In this document: one piece after another, positions 56,529 through 64,000 of the stretch | Position numbering within the stretch: the first letter of the stretch is position 1 | Layout: each line of letters starts with the position of its first letter | Assembly: GCA_958369755.1 (NCBI GenBank) | Contig: CATXJC010000002.1 | Location: 2,605-66,604 of the forward strand | Length of the DNA: 64,000 nt | Direction of reading: 5' to 3' | From: an uncultured Prevotella sp. | GTDB taxonomy: Bacteria > Bacteroidota > Bacteroidia > Bacteroidales > Bacteroidaceae | The notes under the pieces: model-generated | What the model saw: only the letters and a program-made list of their open reading frames with translations | The model's database searches: none | Told to the model about the DNA's origin: nothing | Program-made: the position numbers and the translations under genes

Positions 56529-57857
56529 TTATTTAGCAACCGAAATCTGGTTGAGCTGTCCAGTCAACTTGAGCAGCGAGAGATTGGCAACCTTGTAGCG
56601 ATAGTAGGCTGTGAGATAATTGTTCATCGCCTCACTCATACGCATCTCGTCCTGCAGCACCGCTGTCATCGAAGCCACACCCTCCTTATACTGGTCGGCT
56701 GTTACGTTGTAAACATCCTGCGCCATGGTATAATTATCAAACTGTTTCTTGTAGTTGCGCTGACTGTTATTTACCTCGCTCACCGCATTCATATAGTTTG
56801 CCTGCAGTCCCTTCAGGGCGTCCTCGTAACCGATGCGTGCATTCTCCTCCTCTATCTTCGCCTTTCTGATTTTAGAACGCTTTTCAAAACCATCGAATAC
56901 AGGCACTCGCAGCTGAATGCCCAAACCATTGGAACCATACCAGTGGTTTGACTCGCCCGAATGAATCCAGTGATCAATCCTATCGGTAAAGGCAGAATAC
57001 ATCAGATTTCCGGTCAGCGAGAGCGATGGCAGATAGCCGTCCTTGGCTAGTTTGGTCTGCTTCTTCGTGAGTTGTTTCTTCTGTTCCAGCAACTGGAGTT
57101 CGTAGAGTCCCGTATCCAGTCCGTCAGCCTTCACCATCTCAATCTTTCCCGGATCTACGGCAGTCACCTTCATCTCCTTCTCGGCAGGATAATCTATCAC
57201 ATACTTGAGCATGGTATACTGCTGTTCGAGCATGGCGATGGCGTTATCGCGCTGCACGGTGAGGTTCTCGATATTGAGATTCACTCGCTTCAGATCGACC
57301 TCCAGACTCATCTGGTTATCATAGAAAGCCTGGGTGATGTTTCTGAGTTCTACCAGTCGCCTGATGTTGTCATCCGTCAGACGAATCTGCTCAGATGTGT
57401 TCTGCGCCATGTAATACATCTTGGCAGTCTGCACGATGAGATCTTCACGCGCCTTCTCATAAGAGAGTTGGTTGAGTTTATCGGCAATCTTGGTGATATC
57501 AATGGCGGTAAGAATCATCTGGTTATACAGCGGCATCTGCAATTGTACACCCGCCGAAGCATTATACTGCAACGTCTTGGTTACATTATAAGGCTTGCCG
57601 TAAGCCGAGCCATCGGTAACCGAAACAGGCGGCGTAAAGTTATCGTTGAGCTGTGCCACCGCATTGATCTGCGGATAGAGTTTAGCCTGATTTTCGCTGA
57701 TAGCGTACTTTCCCTTAGCTATTTCGTTTCGGCTGCTCTGGAGCGACAGGTTGTTATCCACTGCCATCTGCAGGCACTGGCTGAGCGTAAGCGTCTCCTG
57801 TGCGCCAAGAGTATGGAAAGCTCCGAGCGCGAAACATAAGATGATTATTTTCTTCAT
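56529..57857 (-). CDS. TolC-family outer membrane efflux protein
   Basis: Signal peptide, YLPSLSL, PVFDG, YKEG motifs. Confidence 0.92.
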   Translation of the reverse strand: MKKIIILCFALGAFHTLGAQETLTLSQCLQMAVDNNLSLQSSRNEIAKGKYAISENQAKLYPQINAVAQLNDNFTPPVSVTDGSAYGKPYNVTKTLQYNASAGVQLQMPLYNQMILTAIDITKIADKLNQLSYEKAREDLIVQTAKMYYMAQNTSEQIRLTDDNIRRLVELRNITQAFYDNQMSLEVDLKRVNLNIENLTVQRDNAIAMLEQQYTMLKYVIDYPAEKEMKVTAVDPGKIEMVKADGLDTGLYELQLLEQKKQLTKKQTKLAKDGYLPSLSLTGNLMYSAFTDRIDHWIHSGESNHWYGSNGLGIQLRVPVFDGFEKRSKIRKAKIEEENARIGYEDALKGLQANYMNAVSEVNNSQRNYKKQFDNYTMAQDVYNVTADQYKEGVASMTAVLQDEMRMSEAMNNYLTAYYRYKVANLSLLKLTGQLNQISVAK

Positions 57858-58010
57858 TTCTTCTTAATGATTTCTATTGATTTACGTTTCATTTATTATC
57901 TGGGTGCAAAGGTACGGCTTTTCGGTGATAAATGACTATTCACATCTTATCACAATATGTTCAAAATTTCCGAAAATAACAGGATATGGTTCAGTATCAG
58001 CCTCATCGGC

Positions 58011-59030
58011 CTACTGGCTTTCAGCTATGCGCTTCTCCAGAACCTTCTTCAGGTTATCAGCAGAGCCCATTCCCAACTTCTTTCTGATGTTGGCCCGCTG
58101 GGTAGTGATGTTCGATTCCGACTTGTTGAGCAGCGTGCAAATCTCACTCAACTTTCTGTTCTGCAGGATAAGGTAACAGATTTCCTGTTCAGAGGCACTC
58201 AACTCGGGAAAGACGCGTTCTATGTTCTGTTTGCTCAATTCGCGGGTCTGGAGATATTGCATCACATTGTCTATGACATTCTTCTGCGAAGCCTCACCCA
58301 GAAGATCCAGCAAATGCGCGGTAAGTTTAACATCATGCCTTTCCTTCGCCAGAGCCACGTATGCCTTAATCTGCTTTTTGTTTATCTTCAGCACCTGGAG
58401 CAGTTCTTCCTCATCACGCTGCAACGTTCTGTTCGCATTGACAAGATACTCACCGTTTCTGGCAACAGCCAGACTCAGCACGCTGATAAAAAGCAATATG
58501 AGCATCATCATGAAGAAATAATCCATGAGCGATTCATCCCCCGTTACAATCACACTCAATATATAAACCCCAAAAGCTATTCCCACCAGCCAGCGTGTGA
58601 GACGCGCCTGATAAGCCGCCAGCGAGAAAAACATGTTGCCTGAAAGGATAAGCATATTGATGAGAATCACCATTCTGTTATCTTTCAGCGTAGGCATAAA
58701 GGCACTGTAGAGGATATCAGCTCCGATAAAGCACTGGGTGGCGATAGCTATACAAACGATTGCCCTCACCATTGGGATTTTCCCGAAGAGATAAGCCATG
58801 AAGGAGGATAACACGACAATCAGAAAAACGATGTTAGACACGGTAAAAAACGGATCAAAGGCTCCAGAAAAGCCCAGGATATTTGACAGGATGCCCAAAG
58901 AGAGCATCACGGAGAAACACACAAGGATAGCTTGACGTTGGCGGTCCAAGTAATTAGATTCTCTCTTCAGGAAACAGAATCCTAACTGATGTATCTTAGA
59001 TTTCTTTGCGTTCTTTTCTTTCATATTCAT
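58011..59030 (-). CDS. Membrane-anchored LuxR-type HTH regulator
   Basis: About six TM helices then LSASEQEICYLI...SEICTLL..SESNITTQRANIRKKLG. Confidence 0.85.
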   Translation of the reverse strand: MNMKEKNAKKSKIHQLGFCFLKRESNYLDRQRQAILVCFSVMLSLGILSNILGFSGAFDPFFTVSNIVFLIVVLSSFMAYLFGKIPMVRAIVCIAIATQCFIGADILYSAFMPTLKDNRMVILINMLILSGNMFFSLAAYQARLTRWLVGIAFGVYILSVIVTGDESLMDYFFMMMLILLFISVLSLAVARNGEYLVNANRTLQRDEEELLQVLKINKKQIKAYVALAKERHDVKLTAHLLDLLGEASQKNVIDNVMQYLQTRELSKQNIERVFPELSASEQEICYLILQNRKLSEICTLLNKSESNITTQRANIRKKLGMGSADNLKKVLEKRIAESQ

Positions 59031-59296
59031 AATGGATAGATAAATTATTTCGTATTGACAGATGAGGCAGGTTTGCCCTGACTGACGAATCATTTTGCAC
59101 AGACAGACGAATCGCTTTTTCTTCTTGCAAAAATAATAAAAAAGATTGGTTTTGATGTATTTTGAGGGATATTTTTTTATAATTCCAGAAAAATCAGCAT
59201 TTTTCAGTGTACTTTTTTCCCTACCGAGAGTGGTTTTCCATTACTTTTGCATTTGAAAATTCAAATCATTTATCAATCATTTAATACTAATTACGT

Positions 59297-60604
59297 ATGA
59301 AAAAGAATATCACTTTCAACAGTAAGCACATACAATGGTTTCTGTTTTTATGCTTAAGTTTCAGCATCACATTCTGTATGTTTCTGCTATCTTCATGCAG
59401 CGATGATGACAGCCCAGAAGTAAACAATCAGGCACACTATCAGGACGTACCAGCCAGTCTACTAACCGATGCCAAGAAACTGGAGATGGTCCGGTCCATC
59501 CAGGACTTGAAAGACGGAAGATTCTTCTATCTTGACTATACGGAGGATTACAAACTCTCTACCATATCAGGCTATAATCTTACCGACAACACCCAACTGA
59601 TTGGTGCCGTATTGAAAACCCTCTGCGACAAAACACCATCCTGGCTCAAGGCAAGAGTCAAGCTGGATGCCGGCTGCAGTGCCTTTGCTGTTACGACACC
59701 AGATACTGGTGATTATCTGATGGGGCGCAACTTTGACTACTCTCACGATAATGAACCGATTGCAGCAGCCCTGGTTCGCACGGCTCCAGAAGGTGGACTG
59801 AAATCCATCAGCATGGTGGATGCCTACTGGATAGGTTACCGGCAGGATCTCTGGCATTACATTCTATATAACAAGGAACAGTTTGAGAAACATAAGACGC
59901 AAGACCTTTCCTATATCATGGCATTTCCATATCTTCTGATGGACGGCATGAACGAGGCCGGCTTTGCCGTATCCGTACTCCATCTCGACGGCAAGCCAAC
60001 CCAGCAGGCAAGCACGGGCAAGAAACTGACTACAACCCTGGCCTTACGCATGATGCTGGATCATGCAAGAACGGTAGATGAAGCTCTCAAGATTCTGGAC
60101 GGATATGACCTCTGGATACCGGATAATGACGGCAACTATCATTTCTACATGGCAGATGCCACGGGCCGTTATGCCATCGTAGAATTCGTATATGACAAGG
60201 ATCACCAAAGCAAGATTTACATCGACGATGAATATACGGGTGAAGACGGAAAGACTCATTTCAAATATCCTGACGTATTGCCAAACACCCGCGAGGTGAT
60301 AGAAAAGCGCTATGCCAGCAACTTCTATGTATCTGAAACCATGGCATGTTCAGATAAAGGTCCGAAACTCTCGAACCACGGCAAGACCCGCTACGACATG
60401 ATGGAATTCGTCATCAAGCAGAACAGTAACCAGTTGTCAGAGGAAGGAGCCATGAATCTGCTCAATGGTGTGAGTCAGGCAGAAACTCCAGGCAATCCAA
60501 CGAGCCATACCCAGTGGTCGGTGGTATACAATCTCTCCCAGCGCAAGGCAACCGTCTGCGTGAACAGAGATTACAAGAACAAGTTTACGTTCTATGCAAA
60601 ATAA
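59297..60604 (+). CDS. Ntn-hydrolase lipoprotein (choloylglycine hydrolase / linear amide C-N hydrolase-like)
   Basis: Lipobox LSSC-SDDD; GCSAF internal nucleophile site, MGRNFDY, DGMNEAG, TQWSVVYN. Confidence 0.85.
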   Translation: MKKNITFNSKHIQWFLFLCLSFSITFCMFLLSSCSDDDSPEVNNQAHYQDVPASLLTDAKKLEMVRSIQDLKDGRFFYLDYTEDYKLSTISGYNLTDNTQLIGAVLKTLCDKTPSWLKARVKLDAGCSAFAVTTPDTGDYLMGRNFDYSHDNEPIAAALVRTAPEGGLKSISMVDAYWIGYRQDLWHYILYNKEQFEKHKTQDLSYIMAFPYLLMDGMNEAGFAVSVLHLDGKPTQQASTGKKLTTTLALRMMLDHARTVDEALKILDGYDLWIPDNDGNYHFYMADATGRYAIVEFVYDKDHQSKIYIDDEYTGEDGKTHFKYPDVLPNTREVIEKRYASNFYVSETMACSDKGPKLSNHGKTRYDMMEFVIKQNSNQLSEEGAMNLLNGVSQAETPGNPTSHTQWSVVYNLSQRKATVCVNRDYKNKFTFYAK

Positions 60605-60648
60605 TACATTTTATGCAAAAGAAGATTTTGCCGAGAAATAATATAAAA

Positions 60649-60691
60649 ATAGGTCTAGCTACACCGCGCTAAGCGGGGTAGCTAGACCTAT
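60649..60691. terminator. Bidirectional terminator
   Basis: ATAGGTCTAGCTAC...GTAGCTAGACCTAT between convergent genes. Confidence 0.8.
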
Positions 60692-60723
60692 CTTATTATC
60701 TATCAAGAACTTATATTCTTATT

Positions 60724-62163
60724 TTAGTCTTCATCAGCAAACTCATTCAGAGTATATGCACTGCTGCCATCGAAACAATGGGTACATACCTGGCACTTTG
60801 GAAGACCGATAGCCTCTACCAGCTGCTCGATGGTGTTGAACTTCAGGGAAGTCAAGCCCAACTGGTTGGCAATCTCATCTACCATTCTCTGATACTCAGG
60901 AGAACCGGTGGTAGCGTATTTCTCAAGATTCTTGTTGGCATCGCCCTCAAACTTCTCGATGATGCGACGGGTAATCAGCTCCATATCACTCTTGGAAGAA
61001 GTGAAGTTGATGAACGGACAACCGTATACCAATGGAGGACATGCAATACGCATGTGGCACTCCTTCAAGCCTGCCTGGTCGAAAAGCACCTTCACATTGT
61101 CGCGAAGCTGGGTACCACGAACGATACTGTCGTCGCAGAACAATACTCGTTTGCCCTTCAGCATCGCCTTGTTAGGAATCAGCTTCATCTTGGCTACCAA
61201 TGAACGCATGCTCTGGTTGCTAGGAGTAAAGCTGCGAGGCCATGTAGGAGTATACTTGGCAATACAGCGCTGGTAAGGCACACCCTTTCCGGCAGCATAA
61301 CCCATCGCCATACCCGTACCAGAATCAGGAATACCGCTGCAGCAGTCTACCTCTACATCATCGGTCTTGGCGAGATTAAAGCCGTTGGTGAAACGCGCCT
61401 CTTCTACATTCTTGCCCTCGTAGGTAGATGTAGGGAATCCGTAGTAAACCCAGAGGAAAGAGCAAACCTGCATCTTCTTGTTGGCAGGTCGGATCTGCTC
61501 CATGCCATCAGCTGTAATCTTCACGATTTCGCCTGGTCCTACCTCATATGCTGTTTCATAATCAAGGTTAGGGAACGAGGTAGTTTCGCTGGAAGCCGCA
61601 TAGGCACCTTCCTTCTTGCCGATGATGATTGGAGTACGTCCCCAACTGTCACGCGCACAGATAATGCCATCCTCGGTAAGGATCATCATGGTGCAGGAAC
61701 CTTTGATGTGATGGAAAACGTTTTCGATACCTTCTCTGAAGGTTTTACCCTGAATAATAAGCAGAGCCACCAACTCAGTTGGATTGGTACTACCCGAAGA
61801 CATCTCTGCAAAGTGCATGTTCTTTTCGAGCAGAAGCTGAGTAAGTTCATCCTTGTTTACTATCTTAGCTACGGTGCAAATGGCAAAGCGGCCAAGATGA
61901 GAGTTCATGATGAGTGGCTGGGCATCTGTATCGCTAATCACGCCGATGCCCGATGTAGCTCCTTCAAACTTGTTGAGTGTAGGTTCAAACTTCGTTCTGA
62001 AGTATGAACTTTCCAGATTGTGGATAGAGCGCACGAAGCCCTTCTCACTACTGTAGGTTGCCAAACCGCCCCGGCGTGTGCCGAGATGTGAGTTGTAATC
62101 TGTGCCGTAAAAGAGATCAGCGACACAGCTTTTCTTGGAAATAGTTCCGAAAATGCCTCCCAT
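60724..62163 (-). CDS. purF: Amidophosphoribosyltransferase-like protein lacking the N-terminal catalytic Cys
   Basis: DDSIVRGT PRPP motif, PDSG, C-terminal Cys cluster; begins MGGIFG rather than MCG. Confidence 0.85.
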   Translation of the reverse strand: MGGIFGTISKKSCVADLFYGTDYNSHLGTRRGGLATYSSEKGFVRSIHNLESSYFRTKFEPTLNKFEGATSGIGVISDTDAQPLIMNSHLGRFAICTVAKIVNKDELTQLLLEKNMHFAEMSSGSTNPTELVALLIIQGKTFREGIENVFHHIKGSCTMMILTEDGIICARDSWGRTPIIIGKKEGAYAASSETTSFPNLDYETAYEVGPGEIVKITADGMEQIRPANKKMQVCSFLWVYYGFPTSTYEGKNVEEARFTNGFNLAKTDDVEVDCCSGIPDSGTGMAMGYAAGKGVPYQRCIAKYTPTWPRSFTPSNQSMRSLVAKMKLIPNKAMLKGKRVLFCDDSIVRGTQLRDNVKVLFDQAGLKECHMRIACPPLVYGCPFINFTSSKSDMELITRRIIEKFEGDANKNLEKYATTGSPEYQRMVDEIANQLGLTSLKFNTIEQLVEAIGLPKCQVCTHCFDGSSAYTLNEFADED

Positions 62164-62321
62164 AAGAGTATAATTCTATTTTATAATTTTGTAATATGGG
62201 TGCAAAGATAAATAAAAATCAGAAAATATGCAAGTCTTTTTGCTTTTTTTCTGTAAAAACATGATAATGAGGGTAACTTGCTACCCTATTTCGAGAAGAA
62301 TAAACGGCTACTGAAAAGAAA

Positions 62322-62350
62322 AGCGCTCCGGCAATAATTACCGGAGCGCC
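62322..62350 (-). terminator. Terminator downstream of pgm
   Basis: GCGCTCCGG-loop-CCGGAGCGC with A-run on the left. Confidence 0.75.
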
Positions 62351-62371
62351 ATGATATGATTTCCTATGAAA

Positions 62372-64000
62372 TTAATCCAACTTCAGGCTCTTCTTGATAG
62401 CCTCGATCTTATCCATTGCAGCAGCTGTGCAGCGGTTGTAGCAGCCAGCGCACTTGAATGAAGGATCCTTAACCTCAATATAGAACTTAATCTTAGGCTC
62501 TGTACCTGATGGACGGACACTTACCTTGGTGTTGTCATCGCAGAACCACTGGAGTACATTGCTTGTAGCAGGCATATCGAGCTTCTCTACGCTGCCGTCA
62601 GCATGCTTAGCCTCCAAAGACTGATAGTCCTTCCAGGTTACCACCTTGCTGCCACCCAACTCCTGTGGAGGGTTGGCACGGAAGTCTGCCATCATCTGCT
62701 TAATCTCGTCAGCACCGGTCTTACCTGGGCGAACTACGTTTACAGTAAACTCCTTGCTGAAGCCATACTCTGCATAAATCTGCATCAGGAGGTCGTAGAG
62801 AGTCTTGCCCTGATCCTTAGCCCATGCTGCAATCTCACAAATCAGACAGATAGATGCAGGAGCATCCTTATCGCGTACCTTATCGTATGGCAAGAAGCCG
62901 AAGCTTTCCTCACCACCACCGATGTACTGCTGCTTGCCCTCAGAGATAGCAATCTCGCGTGCAATCCACTTGAAACCAGTGTAGCAGTCGCGCAACTCTA
63001 CGTTGTTCTTCTTGGCAATCTCAGCGATAACTTCTGTTGTTACGATGGTCTTTACGAGGAAGTCTGTTGGCTTCAATTTGCCCAACTTCTTCTTGTTCTC
63101 GATGATGTAGTAGCAGAACATCATGGCTGTCTGGTTACCGTTGATGATCATCCACTCGCCCTTGTCATCGCGGCAAACGATAGCCAGGCGGTCAGCATCT
63201 GGGTCGGTAGCTACCACGAGATCAGCGTTCAACTTAGTACCGAGTTTCATACCGAGGGTCATAGCCTCTGCATTCTCTGGGTTAGGAGAAACCACTGTTG
63301 GGAAGTTGCCATCTACTACCATCTGCTCAGGAACTACATTGATGTTCTGGAAGCCCCAAGAACGCAGACAGAGAGGAACGATGACACGACCTGTACCATG
63401 CATAGCTGAATAAACGATGTTGAGGTCTTTCTGACGGTTGATGACATCCTGGTCAATCATTGCAGAATGAACGGCTGTCATGTAGTCGTAATCCATCTCA
63501 CCACCGATAATCTTGATCTTATCCCAGTTAGCCTCAAACTTCACCTGGTCGATAGTCACCTTGTTCACTTCCTCGATGATACCTGTATCGTGTGGAGCCA
63601 GAACCTGAGCACCGTCGCTCCAGTAAGCCTTGTAACCGTTGTACTCCTTAGGGTTGTGAGAAGCAGTTACGTTGACACCAGCCTTGGCACCGAGCTCACG
63701 GATAGCGAAAGAAATCTCTGGTGTAGGACGGAGGCTCTCGAAGAGATATGCCTTGATGCCATTGGCAGAGAAGATGGCAGCTACGGTCTCTGCGAAGAGA
63801 CGGGAGTTGTTACGGCAGTCGTGACCTACCACTACAGAAAGGTTCTCCTCACCTGGGAAAGCCTTGAGGATGTAGTTAGCAAAGCCCTGTGTAGCCATAC
63901 CAACGATATACTTGTTCATGCGGTTGGTACCTGCGCCCATGATACCGCGCAAACCACCAGTACCGAACTCCAAGTTCTGATAGAATGCATCAACGAGAGC
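62372..64000 (-). CDS. pgm: Phosphoglucomutase/phosphomannomutase (5' end beyond window)
   Basis: FGTGGLRG, TASHNP, DPDADR, RPSGTEPK; frame continues to window edge (ALVDAFYQNLEFG). Confidence 0.93.
   Translation of the reverse strand, partial: ALVDAFYQNLEFGTGGLRGIMGAGTNRMNKYIVGMATQGFANYILKAFPGEENLSVVVGHDCRNNSRLFAETVAAIFSANGIKAYLFESLRPTPEISFAIRELGAKAGVNVTASHNPKEYNGYKAYWSDGAQVLAPHDTGIIEEVNKVTIDQVKFEANWDKIKIIGGEMDYDYMTAVHSAMIDQDVINRQKDLNIVYSAMHGTGRVIVPLCLRSWGFQNINVVPEQMVVDGNFPTVVSPNPENAEAMTLGMKLGTKLNADLVVATDPDADRLAIVCRDDKGEWMIINGNQTAMMFCYYIIENKKKLGKLKPTDFLVKTIVTTEVIAEIAKKNNVELRDCYTGFKWIAREIAISEGKQQYIGGGEESFGFLPYDKVRDKDAPASICLICEIAAWAKDQGKTLYDLLMQIYAEYGFSKEFTVNVVRPGKTGADEIKQMMADFRANPPQELGGSKVVTWKDYQSLEAKHADGSVEKLDMPATSNVLQWFCDDNTKVSVRPSGTEPKIKFYIEVKDPSFKCAGCYNRCTAAAMDKIEAIKKSLKLD

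Overview
Chromosomal window from a Prevotellaceae bacterium, most likely Segatella (Prevotella) copri or a close relative. This is inferred from gene content, codon style and TAnnTTTG promoters. Housekeeping flanks: TPR protein, def, yqgF, murB, pheS, a TonB-dependent receptor, an acyl-CoA carboxyltransferase with its biotin carrier, panDC, uvrD, mtgA, ompA, proS, an AraC/MFS/HlyD/TolC efflux module, a purF-like gene and pgm. The centre (~14.9-40.9 kb) is a split assimilatory sulfate-reduction locus. It encodes CysD, CysN, a 4Fe-4S CysH (APS reductase type), a siroheme sulfite reductase fused to a TusA domain, a full C5 route to siroheme (hemA, hemL, hemB, hemC-cobA-hemD fusion, sirC) and a ubiquitin-like sulfur-carrier trio (ThiS-like with a blocked C-terminus, ThiF-like, JAMM protease). 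It also carries all four subunits of a Pst-family ABC transporter whose binding protein has lost the usual phosphate-binding Ser/Thr residues, making it a candidate sulfate importer. The three sulfur-locus promoters share an unusual GGTATTGCCC-N17-TACCTTTG architecture, and both promoter regions carry phased TAC(C)-N8-GGTA palindromes. A ~9 kb tract splits the locus (TA genes, an R-M remnant, an HU-like gene, sbcDC, a deleted AlbA-type regulator). Candidate sRNAs, several unannotated small ORFs and families of intergenic repeats are also visible. No rRNA, tRNA, CRISPR array or intact transposase was seen.
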